The position numbers were made by a program, and so were the translations under genes. A DNA stretch of 64,000 nt from Lysobacterales bacterium (GTDB lineage: Bacteria; Pseudomonadota; Gammaproteobacteria; Xanthomonadales; SZUA-5), in assembly GCA_022844165.1 (NCBI GenBank), contig JALHMH010000003.1:132269-196268 (forward strand). Direction: 5' to 3'. The notes below the pieces were generated by a model that was not told the origin of the DNA, ran no database searches, and worked only from the letters and a program-made list of their open reading frames with translations. Below, piece by piece: positions 39,014-48,283 of this stretch (positions are counted from its first letter, which is position 1; each line of letters starts with the position of its first letter).

Positions 39014-40375
39014 ATGGCCGCTGCGCATATCCTGGTTGTTGATGACGAGCCCGATATTCGCTCGTTAGTGAAGGAGATCCTGATCGACGAGGGCTATCTT
39101 GTCGATACCGCCGAACATGCGGCGGCGGCGCGGGCGGCGCTGCGCGCACAGCGGCCCGATCTGGTCCTGCTCGACGTCTGGATGCCCGACACCGACGGCA
39201 TCAGCCTGCTGCGTGAGTGGGCGCAAAGCGGTCGCGATCCGTTGGCGGTGGTCATGATGAGCGGCCATGGCACGATCGAAACGGCGGTGGAGGCGACGCG
39301 CCTTGGCGCTTACGATTTCATCGAGAAGCCGATTTCGCTGGCCAAGCTGTTGCTCACGGTCGAACGGGCGCTGGAAACGACGCGTCTCAAACAAGAGAAC
39401 GAAGGGCTTCGGCGGCGCATTCCCGATGCGATCGAACCGATCGGTTCCTCGCGCGCGTTGATCGATTTGAAAGCGCAGTTGGAGCGTGCGGCCAACGTGG
39501 ATGCCAGCGTGTTGCTCGAGGGTGAGCCTGGCACCGGCAAACAACTGCTGGCGCGTTATCTGCACGAACGATCGTCGCGCCGCAGTGGTCCGTTCGTTGT
39601 CGTTTCCGGAGCGGCTTTAATGAAGCCTGACGCGGCCCGCGATCTGTTCGGCAGCGAGGAAAACGGCGAGGCGCGGTACGGGTTGCTGGAGCAGGCGCAG
39701 GGCGGCACTTTGTATCTCGATGAAATCGGTGGCCTGAGTGCAACCTTACAGTCGCGACTGGCGGCGGCACTGCATGCACGACAATTCGCGCGTGTGGATG
39801 GTCACACGGCGGTGAAGCTCGAAGCGCGCATTGTCGCGGGGACTGCAAAGAGCCTGAGCCAGGAGGTTGCGGAAGGACGATTCGACGAAGCATTGATGTA
39901 CGAGTTGCGTGTTTTGCCCCTGCGCGTCCCATCGCTACGCGAACGTCCGGAGGACATACCCGATTTGCTGCGGTGGTTTGCCGAAACCTACGCGGATCGC
40001 GATCAGTTGCCGTACCGCCGTTTCACAGTGGCCGCGCAGAATCGGTTGCGCCAATATGCCTGGCCCGGCAACGTGCGTGAGCTATCGAACCTCGTCCAGC
40101 GCCTTTTGATTTTAGGGCAGGGCGACGAGGCCGATCTGTCCGAAATCGAAGCTGCGCTCGGGCCGCCGCGCAGCATTAAGAACGATGCGCCAGCGCTCGA
40201 TCTGGGTTTGCCGCTGCGCGAAGCGCGCGAACAATTCGAGCGCGAGTATCTGATGCATCAGTTGAAAATGGCCGGCGGCAGCGTTGGCAAACTGGCCAAA
40301 GCCGTGGGCCTCGAACGTACGCACTTGTATCGCAAGCTGCGGTCACTGGGTGTGGAATTGAAAGATGGCGATTGA
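39014..40375 (+). CDS. NtrC-family response regulator (REC, AAA+, Fis HTH) lacking the GAFTGA loop
   Basis: REC domain ILVVDDEPDIR..LLDVWMPDTDG. Walker A GEPGTGKQLLA, Walker B GGTLYLDEIG, WPGNVRELSN. C-terminal HTH GSVGKLAKAVGLERTHLYRKL. Where GAFTGA is expected the sequence reads DLFGSEENGEARYG. Confidence 0.85.
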   Translation: MAAAHILVVDDEPDIRSLVKEILIDEGYLVDTAEHAAAARAALRAQRPDLVLLDVWMPDTDGISLLREWAQSGRDPLAVVMMSGHGTIETAVEATRLGAYDFIEKPISLAKLLLTVERALETTRLKQENEGLRRRIPDAIEPIGSSRALIDLKAQLERAANVDASVLLEGEPGTGKQLLARYLHERSSRRSGPFVVVSGAALMKPDAARDLFGSEENGEARYGLLEQAQGGTLYLDEIGGLSATLQSRLAAALHARQFARVDGHTAVKLEARIVAGTAKSLSQEVAEGRFDEALMYELRVLPLRVPSLRERPEDIPDLLRWFAETYADRDQLPYRRFTVAAQNRLRQYAWPGNVRELSNLVQRLLILGQGDEADLSEIEAALGPPRSIKNDAPALDLGLPLREAREQFEREYLMHQLKMAGGSVGKLAKAVGLERTHLYRKLRSLGVELKDGD

Positions 40376-40495
40376 GAAGCGCTTCGCGGGGAACGGCGGC
40401 CCGCCGTCCTGGGCACGGGTACGCAGTGCGCTGTGCACCGCCCGTTTCTTCCACGGTGACGTAATCGATTCAGCACCCTCCGCCAGGTCCGCCAG

Positions 40496-41869
40496 ATGAA
40501 CATCTTGATCCTTGGCGCCGGCCAGGTCGGCACATCAGTCGCCGCCGCGTTGGCGCGCGAGTCCAACGACATCACGGTGGTCGATACCGACGCGGAGCGG
40601 CTGCGGGATCTGGCCGAAAAACTCGACTTGCGCGTCGTCCAGGGTTTCGCTGCGCACCCCAGCGTGCTGGCACGCGCTGGTGCGGATGATGCCGATGCGA
40701 TCATTGCTGTGACCTCGTCGGATGAGGTCAACATGATTGCCTGCGAAGTTGCGGCCACGTTGTACAAGACGCCGATGAAAATCGCCCGGGTGCGTGCGCT
40801 CGAATATCTCAAGCATCCTGAGTTGTTCGCGCGTGGGCATGTGTCGATCGACCATTTGATCAGCCCTAGTCAGCGTGTCTGCGATTACATCGAACGCCTG
40901 ATTCAATACCCTGGCGCGTTGCAAGTGCTCGATTTCGCCGACGGCCGCGCGCAACTGATCGCGCTGCGCGCCGATCAGGCCGGAGCGCTCGTCGGCCATC
41001 AAATCCGCGATCTGGCGATGCATTTGCCGGCCGGCAGCGCGGTGCGCATTGCGGCGATCTTTCGCGACAAACGTTCGGTACCGGTCGACGGCGACACGGT
41101 GATCGAACGCGGCGATGAGGTGTTCTTTCTCGCCGATCGCAAGAACATCCGCGCGATGATGGCGGAACTCACGCGTATCGAACGGCCGGCAAAACGCGTG
41201 ATGATCGCCGGCGGCGGCAATATTGGCCTGGATCTCGCACGGCAACTCGAATCGCGTTACAACGTCAAAATCGTCGAGCGCGGCCGCGACCGGGCGCGGA
41301 TCATCGCCGAGCAGTTGGAGAGCGCGATTGTGCTCACCGGCGATTGCGCCGATGAGGACTTGTTGCGCGAAGAGAACATCGATCAAACCGATGTGTTCTG
41401 TTCGCTGACCAACGACGATGAAGCGAATATCTTGTCCGCGATGCTGGCCAAGCGCCTTGGTGCGCGCCGCGTGATTTCCTTGATCAATCGGCCCGCATAC
41501 GCGGAGCTGGTCGAAAGCGGCATGGTCGACACCGCAGTCTCGCCGCAGCAAATCACGCTCGGCGCCTTGCTCTCGTATGTGCGCAAGGGCAATCTGGTGC
41601 GCGTGCACAGTCTGCGCGGCGGCGCTGCAGAAGCCTTCGAGGCAGTGGCTACCGGTTCGAGCGGGACCTCACGTCTGGTGGGAAAGAGCATCGAACAAAT
41701 TCCGTTGCCGTCAGGTGCGACGATTGCCGGCATCGTGCGCGGCGAACGCGTGCTCGCGGCGCATCACGACACCGTCATCGAAACCGATGACCACGTGATT
41801 TTGTTCCTCTCGGATAAGCGCGAGCTGCGGCGCGTCGAATTGCTGTTCCGGGCGGGAGCACTGACGTGA
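40496..41869 (+). CDS. trkA: Trk potassium uptake system NAD-binding protein TrkA
   Basis: MNILILGAGQVGTSVA Rossmann motif, duplicated RCK-N/RCK-C architecture (second IAGGGNIGLDLA). 457 aa. Confidence 0.92.
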   Translation: MNILILGAGQVGTSVAAALARESNDITVVDTDAERLRDLAEKLDLRVVQGFAAHPSVLARAGADDADAIIAVTSSDEVNMIACEVAATLYKTPMKIARVRALEYLKHPELFARGHVSIDHLISPSQRVCDYIERLIQYPGALQVLDFADGRAQLIALRADQAGALVGHQIRDLAMHLPAGSAVRIAAIFRDKRSVPVDGDTVIERGDEVFFLADRKNIRAMMAELTRIERPAKRVMIAGGGNIGLDLARQLESRYNVKIVERGRDRARIIAEQLESAIVLTGDCADEDLLREENIDQTDVFCSLTNDDEANILSAMLAKRLGARRVISLINRPAYAELVESGMVDTAVSPQQITLGALLSYVRKGNLVRVHSLRGGAAEAFEAVATGSSGTSRLVGKSIEQIPLPSGATIAGIVRGERVLAAHHDTVIETDDHVILFLSDKRELRRVELLFRAGALT

Positions 41870-42052
41870 GCGGGGGGATGTGGAGCGGGGCACGGGGCGC
41901 GGGGCACGGGGCACGGGGAGCGGGAAAGTTGTTGTCCGTTGCGAGTAGCCCTGGAGTTCAGCCCAAGAATTGCAGCGCCTGGCCCGCACCCCGTGCCCCG
42001 TGCCCCGTGCCCCGTGCCCCGTGCCGCGCACCCCCCCGTGCCCAGTGCCGCG
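41870..42052. repeat. Inverted arrays of GGGGCAC heptamers (intercistronic trkA-trkH)
   Basis: Five GGGG tracts with 3-nt spacers at 41887-41918. Five CCCC tracts at 41989-42020, plus degenerate GTGCCGC/GTGCCCA units to about 42050. The arms are reverse complements with one mismatch, separated by a 70-nt spacer. Confidence 0.9.
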
Positions 42053-42067
42053 CTCTCGAGGACTCCT

Positions 42068-43543
42068 ATGCCCGCTGAGCACGGCAGCAGCGTCGCGCGC
42101 TGGGCCACGGCGCTGCGCGCGATCGGAAATGTGCAACTGATCGTTGGCCTGACGCTGATTCCCTCGATACTGATTGCATGGTGGGATGGCGATAACTCGG
42201 CACTGCCGTTCATCGAGGCGGCGCTGGCGATGTTTGCTTTGGGCACGGCGCTGATCGTGTTTACCCGCGGCCGACGCGCAGAGCTGCGATTGCGCGATGG
42301 GTTCCTGGTGGTGTCGTCCGTTTGGATTATCTCGGCCTTATTGACACCCTTGCCGTTGATGCTCGGGCCGCCGCATCTGTCCTACACGGACGCGGTATTC
42401 GAAGTTGTGTCCGGGTTGACGACCACCGGCGCTACGGTCATCGTTGGTCTCGATCAATTGCCGCGCAGCGTATTGTTTTATCGCCAGTCGCTGCAGTTCC
42501 TGGGCGGCATGGGCATTGTGCTGCTGGCTGTGGCGATTTTGCCCACGCTGCGCATCGGCGGTTCGCAGTTGACCAAGGGCGAGACCAGTGGTCCCAATAA
42601 AGACGCCAAGCTGACGCCGCGCATCCAGAGCACAGCCGCGGCGCTGTGGTTGATCTACCTCGGATTGAACGCAACCTGCGCGCTCGCGTATTGGATGGGC
42701 GGAATGCAGCCTTTCGATGCGGTGACCTATGCGTTCTCGACCGTCGCGACAGGAGGATTCGGCAACTACGATGCCAACTTCGGCCAGTTCGACTCGCCTC
42801 TCCTGGAGAGCATCGCAATGGTCTTCATCGTGCTCGGCGGCGCGAATTTCGCGTTGCATTTTATCGCCTGGCAACGGGGTTCGGTCGCCGCCTATTTTCA
42901 GGACGTTGAGTTTCGCACGTACGTTCGCTGCCTGCTGTTTTTTTCGGCCATCGTCGGCACATCGCTATACACCACCGGTACCCACGAGGATTGGGCGACG
43001 AGTATCCGGCACGGCGCTTTCCATGTGGTTTCGGTGATGACAACCACCGGCTTCACGACCACCGGATTCGCCGGTTGGCCGGGCTACCTGGCGGCCTTGA
43101 TGATATTGATCGCGTTTTTCGGCGCCTGCGCCGGATCGACCGCTGGCGGGTTGAAAATTGTCCGGATCATGATGACAGCAAAACTGGCTTGGCGAGAAAT
43201 CCTGCGTGTCATTCACCCGCGTGGCCAGTTTGTTGTCAAAATCGGACGGCAAGTCGTGGGCGAACCGATTCTGGCGGCGGTGGCCGGTTTCATCACGGTG
43301 TACATTGGTAGTTACGTCGTGATCGCGTTGTGTATAGCGGCCACCGGGGCCGATCTGATCACTGCGTTTTCTGTCGCCGCGGCATCAATCACGAATTTGG
43401 GGCCGGCGCTTGGCGCTGCTGCCGCGACGGTGCGGGACCTGAACGATGTTGCTGTGTGGTTGTGTTCGGCAGCAATGCTGCTCGGGCGCCTTGAGGTGTT
43501 TACCCTGTTGGTGCTGCTGACGCCGGCATTTTGGCGCGAGTGA
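42068..43543 (+). CDS. trkH: Trk potassium uptake system membrane protein TrkH
   Basis: The internal ATG 42068 lies after the heptamer repeat. Polytopic, with TrkH signatures (SGLTTTGATV, VATGGFGNY, MTTTGFTTTGF). The upstream 43 codons of the ORF are repeat-encoded (PVPRAPCPVPRA). Confidence 0.9.
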   Translation: MPAEHGSSVARWATALRAIGNVQLIVGLTLIPSILIAWWDGDNSALPFIEAALAMFALGTALIVFTRGRRAELRLRDGFLVVSSVWIISALLTPLPLMLGPPHLSYTDAVFEVVSGLTTTGATVIVGLDQLPRSVLFYRQSLQFLGGMGIVLLAVAILPTLRIGGSQLTKGETSGPNKDAKLTPRIQSTAAALWLIYLGLNATCALAYWMGGMQPFDAVTYAFSTVATGGFGNYDANFGQFDSPLLESIAMVFIVLGGANFALHFIAWQRGSVAAYFQDVEFRTYVRCLLFFSAIVGTSLYTTGTHEDWATSIRHGAFHVVSVMTTTGFTTTGFAGWPGYLAALMILIAFFGACAGSTAGGLKIVRIMMTAKLAWREILRVIHPRGQFVVKIGRQVVGEPILAAVAGFITVYIGSYVVIALCIAATGADLITAFSVAAASITNLGPALGAAAATVRDLNDVAVWLCSAAMLLGRLEVFTLLVLLTPAFWRE

Positions 43544-43549
43544 GGCGGA

Positions 43550-44677
43550 CTAGCGCAGATCCGCCAGTTCCATCTCAATCAAGCCGCGATCCGGTGCATT
43601 GGGTGCCAGTTCCAGGTAACGCCGGAGCGCTTTCGCGGCGCTCGCAGAATCGCCCAGTTTGACCAGCACCAATCCCAGACCCCGCCACGAACGCGCAGGC
43701 GCGTTCGGATCACCCAGCGATGTTTCGTAGTGTCTTCTTGCCAGCGCCAAATCGCCTTCCCGTGCACGGCGGCGATACATCTCGCCAGTTGCATATTCGA
43801 TCTCCGCGGGCGCAAACGGCAGTCCTCGCAAGCGCGCTAATAACACCTGCGTTTGTCCGTAATGGCGACGCCCCACTTCGTCTTCCAGCCAATCCAGGCG
43901 ATGCGGCGCGATGACCGAATGGAATGCTTCCGCGCGCGTTTCGCCGCCGCGGGTGGCGGCCTTCTTCAGCCGTTCGGCGCGTTGTGCGCTCGGCGGATGT
44001 GTGGCAAAAATACCGGACGAAAGTTTCCGCTCGCGCGCCTGCTCTTCGCGCCAGATGTCGGCCCATGATTGCCCGGCGCGATGCGTGTCGTAACCTAACT
44101 CGGCGAGGCGCTTGAGGCCGTAGTCGTCTGCCGCGCGCTCCTGATCGCGCGAAAAGGCGAAGGCCGGCGCCAAGGCACCTAACCCGGCGACGGTCGCGAG
44201 CGCGGAGCCGCCGACAGCGCCGCCGACAACCTGCAGGGCAATCGACGCATTTGCCGAAGACTTCATCTGTCGCCATCGCGTCAGTGAATCGCGCGACAAC
44301 AAATGGCTCATTTCGTGGCCGAGCACGAACAGCAGTTGCGCTTCGTCCTCCATGCGCAACAGCAAACCCGTGAACACCACCATGGCGCCGTTAGGCGACA
44401 TCAGCGCGTTGAAGTACGGCTCGCGGATCAGATAGATGCGCACGTCTGCGCAGCGCTGTGCGTCGATCTTGCAAAGGAGGTCGCGAAGATAGGCATCCAA
44501 CACCGGGTCGCGCAGCCGCGCGGCACGTGCAGCGATGCGTTCTTCGAACGCGTCTGCCTGATGCAGCAGTCCTGCTTCATCGGCGTCAGGCGTGGCGTAT
44601 AGAGCGGTGGAACTCAGGTACAGCCACAACACCAGCAGGCGCGCAGCGCGAGCCGCGCTATTCGCGCTGTTGCTCAC
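43550..44677 (-). CDS. M48-family zinc metallopeptidase with C-terminal TPR-like region
   Basis: HEMSH zinc motif (VLGHEMSHLLSRD). Signal-like N-terminus. TPR-like tail (..ALARRHYETSL..AAKALRRYLELAP). The GTG start overlaps the upstream stop (GTGA). Confidence 0.8.
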   Translation of the reverse strand: MSNSANSAARAARLLVLWLYLSSTALYATPDADEAGLLHQADAFEERIAARAARLRDPVLDAYLRDLLCKIDAQRCADVRIYLIREPYFNALMSPNGAMVVFTGLLLRMEDEAQLLFVLGHEMSHLLSRDSLTRWRQMKSSANASIALQVVGGAVGGSALATVAGLGALAPAFAFSRDQERAADDYGLKRLAELGYDTHRAGQSWADIWREEQARERKLSSGIFATHPPSAQRAERLKKAATRGGETRAEAFHSVIAPHRLDWLEDEVGRRHYGQTQVLLARLRGLPFAPAEIEYATGEMYRRRAREGDLALARRHYETSLGDPNAPARSWRGLGLVLVKLGDSASAAKALRRYLELAPNAPDRGLIEMELADLR

Positions 44678-45363
44678 AGCGGCGCGCCAGCGAGCAGCAA
44701 CTCAATCGACTCCCGCGCTTTGTCCAACGCGCGCAGATCGCCGCGCTCGGAGGCGAGAACATTGAACCAGACGATCGCGCCGCTATCGAGATCGACCAGC
44801 GACGCAAAACCGACTTGCTGACCGAGCGATACGCCAACGCCCACCAGTGCGAGCGCCATCATCGCCTTGCGACCATCGGTTGCATACGAATCGCGCAAGT
44901 AAACGAAGAGGCCGTAGCGGGCGCTGGCATCGAGTGCTCGGGCGCCGCTCCCGAGCGTCCAATCGAAACCGGTCTTGTGCGCTAACTTGCCGGTGCCAAG
45001 GCCATGCAGCATCACGCTGTAGCCAACCATTTCATGCAGTAGCGTGAGCTGCCGCGCACGTTCTGGATCGCCAAGTGCCTGAAAGTTGTCGATCGTCCGC
45101 GCTTTGGCGCCGCGCTGCTTCAAGGCTTGCTCAAGCGCGGTCCGGACGTGAGCTTCCGCTGCCAGCGTCCAATCGGCGCGAACCTCCTGCAGCCCGGAAG
45201 CGAGCAAAGACGACAGTTCGACATCCGGCGGCAGAATCACAATCTCTGCACCGCGGCCCAGCTGGGCGTCTTCCGCCACGCCGCTGGCGCGCTCGTTGCG
45301 CGTCACCGCACAGGCGTTCAACAGCAGAGCGATCAACAAAAGGCGACAACGGATCCTGGTCAT
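44674..45363 (-). CDS. Hypothetical lipoprotein
   Basis: Lipobox [18 protein letters not shown]. 229 aa with no recognisable domain. The ATG overlaps the hisIE stop (ATGA). Confidence 0.55.
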   Translation of the reverse strand: MTRIRCRLLLIALLLNACAVTRNERASGVAEDAQLGRGAEIVILPPDVELSSLLASGLQEVRADWTLAAEAHVRTALEQALKQRGAKARTIDNFQALGDPERARQLTLLHEMVGYSVMLHGLGTGKLAHKTGFDWTLGSGARALDASARYGLFVYLRDSYATDGRKAMMALALVGVGVSLGQQVGFASLVDLDSGAIVWFNVLASERGDLRALDKARESIELLLAGAPL

Positions 45364-45962
45364 GCTCGGTGACGCTCACGAAGTACACCGATCACATCAT
45401 CCAGCGACAGGCCGCGTGCCTGCAACAGCACCAGTAGATGAAACAGAAGATCGGCGGATTCACCGAGCAGTTCCCGGTCCGACTGGGCGACGCCAGCGAG
45501 TGCGGTTTCGACCCCTTCTTCGCCGACCTTTTGCGCGATTTTATGCAGGCCACGTTCGAACAGTTTGGTGGTGTACGAGCCTTCTGGGCGCTGCTTGTCG
45601 CGTTCGGCCACCAGGCGCATCAGCGCGCCGAGAAACGCCAGTGGCGGACCGGGAAAGTCGCCGAAACACGTCGTCGTCCCGGTATGGCAGGTGGGCCCGT
45701 GTGGACGCGCATGGATTAGAATGGTGTCACCGTCGCAGTCCAGGTAAGCGTCGATCAACTCCAATACATTGCCGCTGGTTTCGCCCTTCGTCCAAAGCCG
45801 TTTCTTGCTGCGCGAGTAGAAGGTCACCTGCCTGGATTCGAGCGTCGCCGCGAGCGCCGCAGCGTTCATGTAGCCGAGCATCAACACTTGCGCGGTGCTG
45901 ATGTCCTGCACCACCGCTGGCACCAGACCTTTACTGAAATCGACTTGCTGAAGCTCAAGCAT
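45360..45962 (-). CDS. hisIE: Bifunctional phosphoribosyl-AMP cyclohydrolase/phosphoribosyl-ATP pyrophosphatase
   Basis: [31 protein letters not shown] (HisI part), then LF..L..RDK..PEGSYT..L..KI.QKVGEE (HisE part). Confidence 0.92.
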   Translation of the reverse strand: MLELQQVDFSKGLVPAVVQDISTAQVLMLGYMNAAALAATLESRQVTFYSRSKKRLWTKGETSGNVLELIDAYLDCDGDTILIHARPHGPTCHTGTTTCFGDFPGPPLAFLGALMRLVAERDKQRPEGSYTTKLFERGLHKIAQKVGEEGVETALAGVAQSDRELLGESADLLFHLLVLLQARGLSLDDVIGVLRERHRA

Positions 45963-46752
45963 GCGCGGGCTCCGGTGGCCGAATGGCGTGGCCTCGATCG
46001 AGCAAGTACAACTTCAACGCCGGAATCTCCACCTCGCCCGAGTGGAACACGCTGGCGGCCAGTGCGCCATCGACATCGGCCAGGGCGAAGGCGTTGGCAA
46101 AATGTTCCGGTGCGCCAGCGCCACCGGAGGCGATTAACGGCACCTCGCAAATTGCTCGGACCGCCTTGAGTTGCTCCAGATCGTAGCCCCGCCGTTCACC
46201 ATCGACATTCATGCAGTTGAGGACAATTTCGCCGGCACCCAGTTCCTGCGCCTGACGCACCCAATCGAGGGTGCGAATTGACAGTTGTTGCGTCTTGTTG
46301 GGATCGCCAGTGTACCGGTTGACGCGCCACTCGCTGTCAATGCGTTTGCTGTCGATGCCGACCACCACGCACTGCGCGCCGAATTCGTCCGACAGTTCCC
46401 GGATCAATGCTGGTCGCTCCAGCGCCGGTGTGTTGACGCTGATTTTGTCGGCGCCGGCGAACAGGACTTCGCGCGCATCCGTGATGCTGCGGATCCCGCC
46501 GGCTACGCAAAATGGGATATCGATGGCGCGCGCCACGCGCTCGACCCAGGTCCGATCGACACTGCGACCTTCCGGGCTGGCAGTGATGTCGTAGAACACC
46601 AGCTCATCCGCGCCCGCATCGCGGTAGCGCATTGCCAGATCGAGGATGTCGCCCATCACCACGTGGTCGCGAAAACGCACGCCTTTGACAACTTTGCCGT
46701 CGCGCACGTCCAGGCACGGGATGAGGCGACGGGTGAGCTGGGTTGTAGTCAT
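45955..46752 (-). CDS. hisF: Imidazole glycerol phosphate synthase cyclase subunit
   Basis: [38 protein letters not shown] 46752 gives a homologue-like N-terminus. The longer ORF start at 46797 (ATGA overlap with hisA) is the alternative. Confidence 0.9.
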   Translation of the reverse strand: MTTTQLTRRLIPCLDVRDGKVVKGVRFRDHVVMGDILDLAMRYRDAGADELVFYDITASPEGRSVDRTWVERVARAIDIPFCVAGGIRSITDAREVLFAGADKISVNTPALERPALIRELSDEFGAQCVVVGIDSKRIDSEWRVNRYTGDPNKTQQLSIRTLDWVRQAQELGAGEIVLNCMNVDGERRGYDLEQLKAVRAICEVPLIASGGAGAPEHFANAFALADVDGALAASVFHSGEVEIPALKLYLLDRGHAIRPPEPAHA

Positions 46753-46793
46753 GGTGGATGGTCGTTGGTTGTTGGAGGGCGATATGGACGACG

Positions 46794-47525
46794 TCATTCG
46801 GCTTGATGCAGCGCATCGGGCACACCGAATCTCCCGTCCAACAGCGCCTTGCCGATCACCACCGCCGCTGCGCCCGCCGCACGTAGCGCGCGCAGATCAG
46901 CAAGCGCGTGCACACCGCCGGAGGCAACCAAGTGGGCGTTCGCAAAACGCGCCGCAAGACTGCGATACAGCGCTACATTCGGCCCGCCGAGCATGCCGTC
47001 GCGATCGATGTCGGTGACCAGGAAGTGCCTCGCGCCTTTGGCAAGCCATGCGGCCGTCGTCGATTCGAGATCGGCGGTTTCAAGCTCGGTCCAACCCGCG
47101 GTGGCGATCCGGAACACGCCGCCAGCATCGGCGCGCGCATCGAGCGCCAGCGTAAGGCGCTCGGCGCCGAACTCGTCAAACCATTGCGCGACCAGCTGCG
47201 GCTGTTTGACCGCCAGCGAACCGACGACAACGCGCTCGACACCCGCTTTAAGAAACGCATCGAGTTGCGCGCGTGAGCGCACGCCGCCGCCGGCCTGCAC
47301 GCGCAGACCGGTGGCCACCATGCGTTCGATCACCGCGAGGTTCTCGGTGCTGCCGGTCTTGGCGCCGTCGAGATCGACCACGTGCAACCACTGCGCGCCT
47401 TGATCGCGATACGTTCTCGCCAGTTCTACAGGATCGTTGGCATAGGTTTGCTGCTGCGCGAAGTCGCCCTGCAGCAAACGCACGACGCGCTGGGCGCGCA
47501 AGTCGATGGCCGGGATAATGATCAT
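46794..47525 (-). CDS. hisA: 1-(5-phosphoribosyl)-5-[(5-phosphoribosylamino)methylideneamino]imidazole-4-carboxamide isomerase
   Basis: [43 protein letters not shown] are canonical HisA blocks. Confidence 0.92.
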   Translation of the reverse strand: MIIIPAIDLRAQRVVRLLQGDFAQQQTYANDPVELARTYRDQGAQWLHVVDLDGAKTGSTENLAVIERMVATGLRVQAGGGVRSRAQLDAFLKAGVERVVVGSLAVKQPQLVAQWFDEFGAERLTLALDARADAGGVFRIATAGWTELETADLESTTAAWLAKGARHFLVTDIDRDGMLGGPNVALYRSLAARFANAHLVASGGVHALADLRALRAAGAAAVVIGKALLDGRFGVPDALHQAE

Positions 47526-48121
47526 GACATCGCCAGAAAGTTGCGGATCAAACGGGCGCCGACGGCTGAAGAGCGCTCGGGGTGAAATTGCGCAGCCATG
47601 AAGTTGCCGCGGGCCACAATGGCGCAGAACGGCTGGCCGTGCTGGCAGGACGCCAGCGTCAACTCGCTGACCGGCGCGGCAAAGCTATGCACGAAATACG
47701 CGTACGAACGCTCGTCGAGACCGGCGATCAGCGGATGCTCGCGCAATATTTGCAGCGCATTCCAACCCATATGCGGCACGCGCGCCGCAGCGCTGGCTTC
47801 GAGGCGTCGGATCGTGCCATCGAACAATCCCAGGCAGCGCGTCTGGCCACCCTCGTCCGACGTTGAGAATAGCAACTGCATGCCCAGACAAACGCCGAGC
47901 ACCGGCTGCTTGAGCGTTGGCAGACGCGTCGACAAACCCAACGCATCCAACTCACGCATCGCCGCGGCAGCGGCGCCGACGCCCGGCAAAATTACCCGCG
48001 GCGCACGCGCAATCTCGTTCCAGTCGCGCGTCACCGTCACGTGCGCACCCTCGCGCTCGAGCGCGGCGCGCATTGAGCCGATGTTGGCAACGCCGGAGTC
48101 GATCAGGGCGACGGGCGTCAT
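47522..48121 (-). CDS. hisH: Imidazole glycerol phosphate synthase glutamine amidotransferase subunit
   Basis: The internal ATG 48121 gives MTPVALIDSGVANIGS. The catalytic block is GVCLGMQLLF, with FHPERS near the C-terminus. The upstream 34 codons of the ORF lie in the heptamer repeat. Confidence 0.9.
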   Translation of the reverse strand: MTPVALIDSGVANIGSMRAALEREGAHVTVTRDWNEIARAPRVILPGVGAAAAAMRELDALGLSTRLPTLKQPVLGVCLGMQLLFSTSDEGGQTRCLGLFDGTIRRLEASAAARVPHMGWNALQILREHPLIAGLDERSYAYFVHSFAAPVSELTLASCQHGQPFCAIVARGNFMAAQFHPERSSAVGARLIRNFLAMS

Positions 48122-48149
48122 GGCTGTTGCGCCGCGTTGTCGAGCAAGA

Positions 48150-48283
48150 GCGGGACACGGTACACGGGGCACGCAACCGCCCCCCCTGGCATTCGAATCA
48201 CATCCGTCGCAACCTCGGGCCATGCTCTGTGTGCCCGGTGCCGCGTGCCGCGTGCCGCGTGCCCCGTGCCCCGTGCCCCGCCT
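48150..48283. repeat. Inverted arrays of GGGGCAC-type heptamers (intercistronic hisB-hisH)
   Basis: Left arm GGGACAC GGTACAC GGGGCAC (48152-48172). Right arm is seven units, GTGCCCG GTGCCGC x3 GTGCCCC x3 (48231-48279). The spacer is about 55 nt. It uses the same repeat unit as the trkA-trkH element. Confidence 0.85.

Noticed and set aside
40411-40443. GGGCACGGGTAC...GTGCACCGCCC followed by GTTTCTT downstream of the NtrC-family gene. It could be a third degenerate heptamer element or an intrinsic terminator.
   Set aside because: Only two heptamer-like units are present, and the arms pair poorly when written out. This is too weak to call either way.
40535-41608. Long antisense ORFs opposite well-supported genes (357 aa opposite trkA). 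Similar cases are 4603..5508, 9384..10799, 25528..26472, 36816..37853, 48741..49865 and 62608..63492.
   Set aside because: These are typical shadow ORFs of a high-GC genome. Their translations are Arg/Ala/Gly/His-rich without motifs, and each is fully covered by a gene with strong family signatures on the other strand.
41870-42052. Possibility that the heptamer arrays are a CRISPR array, or that the two copies share a fixed orientation relative to transcription.
   Set aside because: The period is 7 nt with no spacers and no cas genes, so it is not CRISPR. Because the arms are reverse complements, the element looks the same on both strands. Orientation could only come from the spacer, and the spacers share just one 7-mer (GTTGCGA), which is within chance.
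41939-42067. N-terminal extension of the trkH ORF (PGPHPVPRAPCPVPRAAHPPVP), and the similar extension of the hisH ORF (48122-48223), which could be read as proline-rich domains.
   Set aside because: Both are translations of the heptamer repeat arrays. Homologue-like N-termini begin at the internal ATGs (42068 and 48121).
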